Below, in pieces: positions 26,501 through 61,306 of a DNA stretch of 64,000 nt; the stretch's first letter is position 1, and the number at the start of each line of letters is the position of its first letter. Both the position numbers and the translations under genes were made by a program. Source of the DNA: Balanoglossus misakiensis (Eukaryota; Animalia; Hemichordata); contig CM082592.2 in NCBI GenBank assembly GCA_040954595.2, positions 11,689,912 through 11,753,911 on the forward strand, written 5' to 3'. The notes under the pieces are model-generated. The model worked only from the letters and a program-made list of their open reading frames with translations, was not told the DNA's origin and ran no database searches.

Positions 26501-28085
26501 GATACATCACAGGACAAAAAAAATCAGCACCTCCTTGCCACTTAACGTGCCATTCCTTGATCTTCTTTGTCACCAGACATTGAAAATAAAATTTTGAAAT
26601 ATCACGAGTACAAAACACCTGAGATCTTTTTAATCTCGATTTTCTAAGCATCTTCATCGTTTCCCTCTTTTATGTTCGACTCCTCCTGGTGATATTGTTC
26701 TCTGAACGCTCTTTTGAGCTTCCACAGGGAGAAAACTCTTTGTAAGTGTTCTCCTTCCCACTGAAAGTTGTAATTTCCGGCATTGACAAAAGCATCTTTG
26801 ACAAGGACTCTCAGAAAGGCATGAAAAAAGTCACCCACCTATGAGCAGTTATTCGTGATCAGAACAAAAATCTGTAGGCGACGTCGTGTTGGCGAATTAC
26901 TTCCTTTGAAGTCACTTGCTGTAATGGTACATTTCTTACTGCAGGCCTCTAGAATTACTTCCAGGGATTTGGCTTTTTGAAAATCCGTTTCTGTCTGTTT
27001 CTGTCCAGTATGAGGTTCTGGAGAGACATGTTTTGAATTTGCTTCTCCTGTGCAAGTAGTAAAATCCATATTAAAAAGAGACGATGGAAAAGTTTTGATT
27101 GCAATTCGGTTTTTTTTAAGTTCTCACTTATAATGGATTTTATTTTAATTTTATTGATGTGAACTCTTATGTTGCCTTTTTGCATTTTAGTCTTGCAGAG
27201 TCTGGGTTTCCTGTGCAGCTTTTACCGGAAGTGAAAACACCTGGTTCAGTGGCTGGCCACCTGGAGTCCACCTGGTATGGTATACCGCAGGGTATCCCTG
27301 TAGGGGCTGCATTGGGTGACATGCAGTGTTCCATTCTGCCAAGTCTACAGTCTGAGACAGATGCAGGTTAGTGCCTTATGAGTGAAATCCAGAAACAATG
27401 TCTCCAGTGAATCACACTCTTTTATACACAGATAGTTCACAAGACTGAATGAATTTCTGAGATGCATCTTTGTTTCTTGTTCACAGTTCTCAACATCAGC
27501 ACATCAGCTCAGCTGTCATTCAAGATGCCACAGAATTTCACCCCACCGGAATCTGAACCAGGATCGGCCATAGAATACTTCCCATACTTTAACAACAGCT
27601 ACTTGGCTGTTGCCGCGGCTCTCACGGGTGGCAACGTCATGGCAACGCTGGTCAAGATGCTACAGCAGTGGATGCACGATCTTGGGCACGGAATACCACA
27701 GACGGATATCTACAATAAACTGCTGACCAGTGCGCAAGAAACTGATGACTGTGACCTTGTCATTTCGCCTACCATATTCGGTGAGCGGCACTTGCCAAGT
27801 CAGCGAGCATCAGTAATGAATGTCACAGCAGAAAACGTCAGCCTAGGCCACCTGGGCAGGGCTGTGTGTCGCGGAATCATATTGAACCTCCACAATATGA
27901 TGTCCAGAGACTTTTTAGTCAAATCCGGAGTGACGAGAATTATTGGAAGTGGGAGCGCTCTGACGAGAAACAAAGTCTTGCAGCAAGAAATCGAGCATGT
28001 CTTCAAACTTCCAGTGTTATACGGAAATGGTGGGGATGCTGCAGTTGGAGCTGCACTCGCGAGAACTATGAAGTTTACAGAGTGA
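11590..28085 (+). CDS. SHPK: Sedoheptulokinase (FGGY carbohydrate kinase family), 469 aa
   Basis: Exons 11590-12224, 27191-27366, 27487-28085 join in phase (1410 nt). Motifs LGIDLGTTSVKA, IGISGQMHG, LITWQDQRC, LATGHGCATLFWL, AASWGYFD, ALGDMQCS, VLNISTSAQL, YFPYF, GERH. Confidence 0.93.
22719..22911. repeat. 19-bp perfect inverted repeat with ~155-bp spacer (MITE-like or RNA stem) in SHPK intron 1
   Basis: atttccagatgacgggcaa (22719-22737) and ttgcccgtcatctggaaat (22893-22911) are exact reverse complements. Confidence 0.75.
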
Positions 28086-29526
28086 GACTTAATATTAAAC
28101 CTAGTCCATCCCCTTCAATGGTACTGTCTGAGTTACAGTACAATTTGACAAGGTCCAGTCAAGCCAATCAGTATTCAATCTCCCTGGCTTTTCTCATCTG
28201 TAAATTTACGATGCTTGTGTGTGTAAATTTTCCAAGTGCGTCTATGGACATAAAAAATCCCCAGGTCTTACTATACTATAAGCTTTATATGACTAAGACA
28301 GTCTGCAGCGATTGAAAATCTTGACATTTTTGAGAAGTCAAAACATTGGTGTAATGTTCAAAGAGCCAGACGTATATAGCTCCAAATCTCAAAACATCCA
28401 TTAAATAATTAATGAACATACATTTTCTGATGTTCATAATTTTCCAAATTTTCTTGTAATTTACAATTGTTACATGCACCAGTAAATAAGTGTACAGCCA
28501 GTTATCAAATAACAATTTATGGATTTTTTCTAAGTGATTTACACTAATATTATTATTTTTCTAACTCAGTAGTATTTCATATGATACCTGAGAAACAGTT
28601 AAGTTGAACGATCTACATGTAGGTGGTAGGTCAGTGGAAATGTACGGTACAGCCAACCAAACTTTCGAGACGAAAGTTAACACTGTGTGAGAAGAGCCAT
28701 TGGCTCAACAGTTTATCGAGGTTAAATAATCCATGTTTTCTTGTGTGAATTATTTTATTAGATATACCATTGAAATCACCTTGTGTGTGTTTGCAGTGAA
28801 TTTCTGTCATTCTTGTTAAAACCCAACATATTGAAGTTTCAGCTCCTTAACAAGCGCAGTGTTTTCTTTGGCTCAAAACATTGCATCATTATTTTTTGGT
28901 AATTTATAGCTGATATAAAAATGTGAAATTTGTGATATTCTTGACATTTTCTTCACGAGGACTTTATTTTGTACATTTTTCTAATATCAAATGTGTGCTT
29001 TTTCTCAGGCGTTTGAATATTACTCATACAAAGAAAGTTGTCAAAAATGTAAAAAAGATTCATTTTTATTGACTATGATTTAATATTTCACAACTTCAAT
29101 ATACATAATGGAAATATGCATTCAGGAGTGTTTGGTCATCTCTTTGATTGGGTGAGAGTGATGAATAAAAAATGACCACAGTTTGTAAAATTTAAAACTT
29201 TTATTTGTTAATGTCTATAAATAATCCACATTTCACAAAGATGAAAGGAATTGAAGTGGTAACATCATATCCACAGCAAACTTATTGTTCATTACACTTG
29301 TCTATAGAGGGCGCCATTAGATGTACATTACATGTAGATTTGAGACACACCAGTCCAAATTCATGTACACTGTTGTGAAGTGATCTCTACGGCAATCCTC
29401 TCCTGATCTCCCATCACTAGTATGTACAATCTACAGATTCTTGTAGTTCTACCCTCACAGCTTGGTTCCACTTGTGTGAAAAGAACTTGGAGTTGTCCAC
29501 TTGTAAATGAGTTTCCCAAATTAGTT

Positions 29527-31333
29527 TTAGTCCTTGTTACCAGTTCTGCTGAGCTGTAAAAAAGAATCAAAGCAACATTAATGGTGTACTTTCTTTATAG
29601 GTAAACCACAACGTTGTTCATTTGATATTAATCAAATAGTCGTAAATTATCTAACTCTACAGCTGTACTTGATGCCAGATGGTGACAGAAAGTACTTACA
29701 TGCTGTGGTTCAGCCCAGATGATGTGTGTGTGTCAGATCAATGATCGATGTGATATAGGGAGGAAAGAGAAATACTACAGGTTAGTCTAGTATTAATTTT
29801 TGCATTCACAAGTAAATTCTAATGGCTTCTGATCAATCCTGCAAATTTGCTGCCAACATTGGGTCCTAAACCCAGGCCTACCTTAATAATATCAACCCAA
29901 TCCCAGCCTCTTGGCCTTTCACCTTTGTGATCTGCAGGGAAAAAAAGAGATGAAAAATTATTCAGATTGTATATGCATTGTAGTGTTTGCTTTTCCTGTT
30001 TCTGGATGGTCTGATAGTCATCTGATGGGGAGATTTCTGCAGGTATCTTACTTCTTCACAAACTCATACAACAGATTGGATACAAACCAGTTCTGTTTGC
30101 CAATTTTCTCTTTTGTCCCTTTGTCAGTTGTTCTTTCTTCTCTTTTTTCTTTGCTACTGGTTGATTTTGTTCTCCATTGTTTTCTTCAATCTGCAAAACA
30201 AATGATCACGCAACATATAACAATCAGTGATACCCACTGAAAATATATCAAGTCACTATCAGATCTATTCTCACCTTTGGTGCAACGATCTGTTCTTTTT
30301 GATTAGCCATTAATTCTTCAGCATTTTCTTTTGCCCACTCAAATATTGTATAGGTCATTGCACTGTCTAGAAGTTGCTCAGCCTGTGAATGTATGAATGA
30401 AGGTAAGAACTATATGACACGAATAAAATGCAGATAATATGTCCATAAAATGTGTGCTTTCGAATCAATTTACAGCTCTACTGGGTGTATCCAATTGTTT
30501 TGTAAGGGTACAACACTCGTTGTAGCAATGCTTAGCATTCATTCAACTTGCCTCTTCGTTGAGCTGAGACACAATATGAGTTTTGATGTCTGGTGATCTG
30601 CAGAGAAAAAAACATATCTACTTGTTAATTTTTAACAATACCCACTGTGCGCAATGCCTGAAGTACATGTACCAACTAGTAAGACTGAAATTAAACACTT
30701 ACATTTGATTATTGTAAAATGCATCCAAGTTGATGTTTGGAAGACTCTCTGGGTAATTCTCTGTCCATTTGATTTCAACCAAAAAGGATTTATAATGCCC
30801 GCTCTCCCCTATCTGAAAGGAGAGAAAAAAAGAAATTATGAACAACATACAGTTGGCAGAACTGAACACCACTGTACTTGGTTTAACACTACTTTACCTT
30901 ATATTGAAAAGTGGTTTCATTCACTTGTTTAAAACAGTCATCTCCTTCGTAGATAGAAGCTAACACTTCTCTCTCCTCCTGAAACATGATAACAATATAA
31001 ATACAGTATTAATGTACAATACTTGTTGCTGTGAAAATAATTGAATAGCATTCTGGGAAAAGATGTACATTACACCCCCCCCCCCCCCCCCCCCCCCACT
31101 GGATGGTACACTGGGCCACAGTCCCTGTGATTGGGCCATACCCAGATCATGCAAGTGGTGATGTGTTTGAGTCATCATCTGTACGTCGGCATAGACTTGT
31201 TGCTGGACCTAGCGATTACCGATCCCGATCTACAATTTGGACAGACGACGCTTTCGAGATCAAAGAGAGTACAGACTGTAATGGGGTGTAGCATTAGACT
31301 TGGACTCACCTCTTGTTGTTCTTCGCATGACAT
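29527..31333 (-). CDS. RWDD4: RWD domain-containing protein 4, 183 aa
   Basis: Minus exons 31333-31310, 30978-30898, 30812-30703, 30597-30552, 30382-30275, 30190-30088, 29931-29882, 29702-29700, 29553-29527. Translation MSCEEQQEEEREVLASIYEGD...W..NYP...AMTYTIFEWAKEN...KEQLTKGQKRKLA...[20 protein letters not shown]. Confidence 0.92.
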
Positions 31334-31796
31334 GATTCTACCCTTTTCTTCTTAAAAGAACTTTTGCGTTATATCAGAAATCTACCTTATTTGTTTTAGC
31401 CAACATTTGACAACATCATCACAATATATGACAACTACAACAGTTTCTAGAGCAGATTGCCCACACGCAACACATTTCCCCAGCAGTTGCACTGGTGACA
31501 CAGGAAGTGTTTACATGCTTACATATTCAGCCAATCCCATCGATCGTTTCATTTGGCGTTTGATGAAACGAACCAAAACAAATAACATGTACATATCGTT
31601 GGGGGCGCAGAGAGATCGTGGTTGGTTTCGTGTTTGACGACAAGATCGGAAGAGAAGACGGCAACAACACGCGATTTGACAGGGTTTGTGGTCCCCCAGA
31701 AATGTCGGTGAAAACAATGAGTTTGGTTTAACGTAGGAAGGTAATTTTTACTCGACCTTAGCACAATACGACAGAACACTGGGTCACCATTCCGAT
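31334..31796. promoter_or_regulatory. Probable bidirectional promoter RWDD4/TAF1D-like gene
   Basis: Divergent ATGs 464 bp apart; ETS-type caggaagtg at 31501; CpG-rich. Confidence 0.5.
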
Positions 31797-32830
31797 ATGA
31801 CGAGAGAAGGAAAACATAAACGAAGACACGTGTCAACACCAACATCAACACAGTCCGAGACTCGTAGTGAAGGGAAAAGCAAGCACCGACATGTGTCAGC
31901 GCCTGGTAAGAGAAAGAGGAGTAGCCCTCAGAAAATGACGGGAAATGGAGACATTCAAACCTCAGGCGATGTCACCCGCACGCGTCCAAGGAAACGGAGT
32001 CGAAAGAAACGAACATTAATAAGTGATGGAGATGATCTTCAACAAGATGGTGATAAAAAGAGCCATGATGGAGAAGAAGCGCGGTCTGTTGCTGAGGTTA
32101 CAGGCGACGCTGATGACAAGGAGACTGCGTCATCAGTTGATGATGCTGAAGAGAACATTACTTTCAATTTGGAACAGGACGTACGAACAAGTGTGTATTT
32201 CACATACACTCACTGCCCCTGCTGTGTGTTTGGCACCCGTCTGTATCAGTGTATGAAGAAGGGAAACAACACACAGCAGGGGCAGCGATTGTATGGGATG
32301 AAACACTGAGCAAATAGCTTGAATGTTGGTGTTTTCCTAGGGGTTTATCAACTTTGGTGTGGCGAAATTTAAACTCAAGAAGAAAACCTGCAAGGAAAAA
32401 AGTATAATTTGACAACACTTGATTTCATTTTTCTCTTCTGCCTTGTTACTTTTTCAGAATACAAAATGCCACATGCAATAAGACTAAAGTACTGTCATTC
32501 AGTGATGACAAGCTTTAAGAAAGCCATGATTGCAGGAAACCCTATTGACTCTGATGAAGATACGGAAAGTGATGATGAGGGGTGAGTAAAGTCACAGGTG
32601 CCACAATGTGAGAATTTATCTTTAGGCTGGCATGGAATTTGATTAGTGTAAATTGGAGTTCAACTTGGAATTTAAAGTTCAATTGATTTTATTCACTGTA
32701 CGTATTATTTTAATTTTCTTGCAGTGTTTCCAGCGACGATGATTTTGTCGACACAACATACCATGATGGTGTACGCTTAGAAGATAACACTAGTGTCATC
32801 AGGCCTTGTATAAAAACAGAGTCATTGTGA
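31797..32830 (+). CDS. Small basic/acidic nuclear protein, possibly TAF1D-like (SL1 subunit)
   Basis: Exons 31797-32180, 32341-32401 (or -32356), 32458-32581, 32725-32830 join in phase, followed by AATAAA at ~32838 and ~32915. K/R-rich NLS-like N-terminus, then LEQD-GFINF...RLKYCHSVMTSFKKAMIAGNPIDSDED and an acidic tail. The gene is well supported; its identity is weak. Confidence 0.6.
32203..32295. repeat. Hairpin / MITE-like inverted repeat in intron 1 of the TAF1D-like gene
   Basis: ctgcccctgctgtgtgtt (32213-32230) pairs perfectly with aacacacagcaggggcag (32268-32285); outer cataca/tgtatg extension. Confidence 0.8.
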
Positions 32831-33265
32831 CTTTTGGAATAAAACTCACTTTGCCACATGATTTGTGGGCAGTCATGAACATTTTACCTGTTTGATTTTG
32901 AACTGCACTGCAGTGAATAAAATTCATAAACAACTTTATATGTATAGAGAATCTTTTATGTGTGCAGTATACATGTCATATTTCATATAGAAAAAAAGTT
33001 ACATTGATTGTCAGCAGTACTACAATAAAAGAGCATTTTTGTATACATCTGCAAGATCCAAGGTCCTGTGCATGTACATGTACATGTATTTATTACCAGT
33101 GCCGATAGTTTACTAAAGAAATGCCGTCCGGGACAACGAATTTCATGAATTTCGGGAAATGAATGAATATAGCAATAGTCCAATCAAAAACGTTGACACA
33201 TCGAACCGTTGTGTCAAAGTTGAAGAAGCCATACGATTAGCATAATTTATGCAGCTCACAGGATT

Positions 33266-33454
33266 CCGCCATTTTTGCAGCGGTAGCCTTTGTGTTTAAT
33301 GCGTTGATAATATAGTATGATTTCTTCCTGAAAACACATGAAAACTTATCAAAAATGTGGACATTGTTTACCTAATGTTCTAAACTACTTAGATGGAGGG
33401 TTTTGGCCCGTCGATGGGCTGTTTTTCATCGCGAAAATTGTAACTGAAAACAAG
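33266..33454 (+). promoter_or_regulatory. domino promoter / non-coding first exon with YY1 motif
   Basis: CCGCCATTTT (YY1 consensus) at 33266-33275; donor AAG|gtaggt at 33454/5; acceptor ttcag at 33853 just upstream of ATG 33878. Confidence 0.55.
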
Positions 33455-33877
33455 GTAGGTGCAGCAGCTCGTCGCGTCTAAATATGGCCGCCGCGCAAAG
33501 CATTCTGGCTTGCCCAGCGTGTATGAGGTACTAGGTGTGCACGATTTTTGCTAGCGTGCACGCATGCAACATCCTTCAGCATAACTACTTGATAGTAGTA
33601 ACGAATTTGTTTGTTTTCTGCATGTTTCCTGCACTTGCTTATGTCCATTTCGCATGTTGTAACATGATTGCTTTCTGAAATCAACAACGAACGCGTCGTG
33701 GTTTTCATTCAAAAGTGGCGCGGTATATGCTGCATGAAGTTGACAAAACAGGAACGCATTTCATTCAAACGAATTTCAGCTGTTAGCCCGTGCATTTTAT
33801 TGATGTGTGCGATCGTTATTATTCTGACTTGGGATATTACTGATCTGTTTCAGGGCTGTTGTGGCCTGTTGTAAAGT

Positions 33878-57270
<23,393 letters not shown>

Positions 57271-60200
57271 TATGTTGACTAGTTTCCTCTGTGATAAAAA
57301 TCTGGACCTTTGTACGTCAATTTAGGGGTGAGAAGCACCGAGGAGAGCGATGGACATCAAATTAAAAGGTTCTGCCATACCTTTCTATAGGAAATAATGT
57401 ATTTCAGGTCAAAACTGTATCTTTTAGTGTTGTTATTTAAATAATTGTATATAGTTCAGAAATTGGATGAATTTTCAAATTTTCCCACAGCTTAGATCTT
57501 TTGCGTGTGATTAAATTCAAGCATCATTCCATTTTAAAAATAATATTCATCGGCAGCTTTTCAAGTTCAAAGTTAATGCTTGGGTGGTCCTGTGGATGTA
57601 TATGGCACATTTAATTTTTTTAGAACAACATAGTCTGTATTAACAGTAAAAGAAAAAGGAGGACAAATTGAGTACAATAACGAAAATAGACGCATTTCTT
57701 GTGAGTTGCTTTTGTGCATTTTTTGAGGATATATTGTGCTGGTTTTCTCTTGTTGTTGGCTTTCATTTTGAAATGTTTTGTCATTTGTGGTAAATTGACA
57801 GAAGTTTTTGAATAATGAAGAAGATCTGGTGTTGTTTGTTCCGTTCCTTTCAGTGAGATTGTTTATTTGTTACTTGAGCTTTTAGTGTTGATTCCAAGTT
57901 TGTGTATTCTCGCAGTCGATTGGGGTTCTTCTTTACAGGCATCTTGGTCCCTGTCAGCCGAAGTGTCTGATTTGAACACTTGTCATCCCTTTGTCCATAT
58001 GCACAAGGAGCATTGGCCAATTTCGGCGTTCCCATGGTGACAGACTAGCACTGCAGTTGTAGTTCAATATATGTAATTATCCATCATGTTTGTAGCAATC
58101 TTGCTGTATAAACTGTGTCCAGATTCTTCTAAGTTACAAAATGCAATTTATTATGAAATAATTTTTTTCACCTTCGCTGTAAAGTATTTATATGAGACAA
58201 TTCATTGCTAACCTTTTGCCGGCCCATAAAATCGTTATTTTCATCGTTGGAAAGGGGACTTTTTTGTAGGTGTTACATATCGATATAGTTGCAGGTGTTT
58301 AATCGTATGTTATCGGTGACACACTAATTACATACATTTGTTTTCAACACAATCAGTACTGGTTGTCTCCATCACTTCTGGTATTTCTATCTGTAATTAC
58401 ACTTTCTTTTTTTGTTTTGATTAAATTGGTTTCTCTTTTTACAACTTGTGAGTGGTTGTTACCAATTTGCATAGCAACAATAGGGACAGTCTGAGTCATG
58501 TTTTCACCAGATAAATGGATGGCAAGAGCAATTGGTCACATGACCTTGGAGTGGTATCAAATGCACAACTCAGTCCATGTTGCTTAACTACAGTATGACT
58601 TTCTTCTGCCTCCGTTGGGCACAGGAGCTGTTATCCCTGCAATAGTTCATCTAATATTATTGAATTCGAAAGATAAGCTCTCCATGATTTACAACCACTG
58701 TGTGTCTACATAATTATGACAGATGAATCAGAAAACTTTTGTGTACTAAAATCGCGTGCCAGCTTATCAACTAATCCAGACGATGGCCAGGGATTTAACA
58801 AACCTCCAATGTGAGGATAATGACCAAGTTACGCAAAGCCTAGGGTCAGCCTCCTCTATATTTGAAATTATTAAAACTAGAAAAGTAACGGTGTAAAGTT
58901 CCAATATCTCTTTGTTTCTTGAATAATACTCATGATAACAATTGACACATTCACCTATGTTATACACCCCAGAACTCTTCTTTTTCCATCATAAAAAAAT
59001 CTTAATAGGCAGAAGATTACTAAATTAATATATTAGAATTTGTATACACACGTTATATGAATGTGAAAGGTGAATGAAAAAAAGATTATTTATGTGTGGA
59101 CATTGTGATTTATCGTGCTGTATTGCAGAGATGACAAATAAAATCTAGCTTCGAAAGCTACTTACAAATTCTATGCGTAGGTTCCAGGAAAAGATGTAAT
59201 TCACAGGATTAATACATTCACTGAATGGAAAAAAGGACTCAATCTTAACCGGGATTGTTTTCAGAATATTGTCAGGAAATCACTGTGCTGTCATTTATAC
59301 GGATTAAACTTTCTTTAGGAGCGACCAGGGGTCAGTAATCGCTGCTTGAACCCTAAAAGGAGACGACAGATGTAATAACGCAGACAGTAGGAATGTTTTT
59401 CCACTTTGGAAAGAGTTTTCAGAGATGAACGTAGCCAACATTTCATAAATAACGCATCGTCTTCGTACATGCGTCTAGTGGATATTAAGTCTAGTGCGAG
59501 TAAAACATTTTTAAGCACAGTTTAGTCATTTTGTAGTGAGTTTGGCCGGAATGAAGATAGGGGTTCGAGGGATATTGTTGATGCGTCGGAACAAGGATGG
59601 GGAAGTTCATGATTAATTAAATTCCCCTAAAAATAGAAAGAGAAAAATGCAATCGCCTAAAACTAAAAAACCGACACAATTTTGACAAGAACACTCATCG
59701 GCTGGCGGTGGGCAGGTGGCATACCCGCAGCGATATAGAAACCACATCAATCCAATGTCGGTTGGAAAAGCAATGCAGTAGATGATGAAAAGGATATCAT
59801 TCTCCTCGAATCGTGTCTTCTTATCCGTCCTGCTGTGTCTTTTCTCATGGGAAGCGTCGGGGCTTAGGGCTATCGGATCATGCGCAGTCTTTTACAACAA
59901 TTCTTCCCTATCTCCGTCGTCTTCATTCAATGTAGGCAACATTTCCTGCAGCAAATTTGACTGAGAAATAGCCCCGCTATCTTTTGTAGTTTGTAGTACC
60001 AAAGGAATTATGTTACGGAAGGACAAATTAATTTGAAAATTAAAGGATATCTACTACACATTAGGGACAGCTTCTTGCCTTCCATAGATTTCCCGCAAGC
60101 CTCAGACTTAGTCTATCAATTGCATGTAAATAAGTTCTTATGATTAGTTACAATGAAAACTTGTGAGGCATCAAGAATTTTCTCACTAAGAGGTAAACCT

Positions 60201-60885
60201 GGTGAGACTGGTCTTTTATAGAGTAATTCGTATGGGTGTAGCTCCGGTGTGGACTTGGCATTGATTAGAACTTGTAATACATTACTCTGCATTTATTTTC
60301 AAAGTAAACCCATTTCGTAAACAAACAATCAAACAAAAATAATTTGTTGAAGTTTCTCCAGTAAAAGTTGAACACTCTTCTGTGAAGTTACTTTGTCAAA
60401 ACAAATGAAGCATACCAGATGGCGAAATCGGATTTAATCCTGCCTCGGCTCAACCGAAGTTAATCCTTAAATACTCATTGCAGTGACAGTATAGATCTTT
60501 AGAGCTCCACTTTAGCGCATGCTCTGTCGTCACAAGCTCACCGCTGTTTAAATAGATGCAAGTTTCCGCGAGGCCTGTCATTGGTCTGCAGGCTTTGTAG
60601 ACAGAGACTTCATCGTCCACTCTCACAAAACTCTGAAGTACTTCGTTGTAGCCAGCGAAGAGAGGGAGACTTGAACTACATCAGCTTTCATCGTCGTCAT
60701 TGTATGACAATGGTAAGAACATCATTCAATATTCTCTGCGTACTCTGAAAAAATGCAATACACATTTCTTTCTGTATTTCGTCCCGCGCGGTCCTGCAAT
60801 GTCCGGGCAGTGTCCGAAGTAAATGGCTGTAGTCTTTAAGATGATTCCGAACGTCTGCGAGCAAGTCTTGTCCCCGCAACGAAAG

Positions 60886-60965
60886 AGATAGGGGGAGAGG
60901 GAGAGAGAGGGGAGGGAGGGGGAGAGAGAGCGGAGGGGTAGAGAGAGGAGGGGGAAAGAGAGATA
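60886..60965. repeat. Polypurine (GA-rich) tract
   Basis: gagataggggagagggagagagaggggagggaggggagagag...; almost pyrimidine-free for ~75 nt. Confidence 0.8.
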
Positions 60966-61243
60966 GCTTTGTTTTCTTATCCAATTTCACTATGGGAATC
61001 GTTACGTAGGTTAAGTTTTCTATTGTTTTTCGTGACCAGGTGTGTTTATCGCTTACTTTCGCTATTTGAATATTGTGACCAGGTGTGATGAAAGCCTGTA
61101 TGCACGTCGCCACGTGCGTTGTGGGGATCTCTGTTTTAACCATAGTCTAGCCACCCAGACTGTCCATTAAAGTGACCTGGCATGGTCATTATTCCTCCTT
61201 GTCTCTCGAGTTGATCAGAACATCATCCGCCAAATGAGCCATC

Positions 61244-61306
61244 CCAATTCCAATTGGTCTCCAAGTCCTTACTTTTTTCTTTGGTGCTAATCACCGTGAC
61301 GTCACG
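61244..61306. promoter_or_regulatory. CCAAT boxes plus palindromic CRE (candidate promoter upstream of cholinesterase)
   Basis: ccaattccaattgg at 61244-61257; cgTGACGTCAcg 12-bp palindrome at 61295-61306. Confidence 0.4.

Noticed and set aside
26674-26683. tRNA B-box-like gttcgactcc
   Set aside because: No A box or cloverleaf.
26439-27185. Cluster of short minus-strand ORFs at the end of SHPK intron 1
   Set aside because: No consistent splice phase or recognisable protein; cannot support a nested gene.
13259-31098. Poly-C/poly-G runs (~13259, ~13397, ~19482, ~31075)
   Set aside because: Simple homopolymers; possible G4-forming tracts but no evidence of function.
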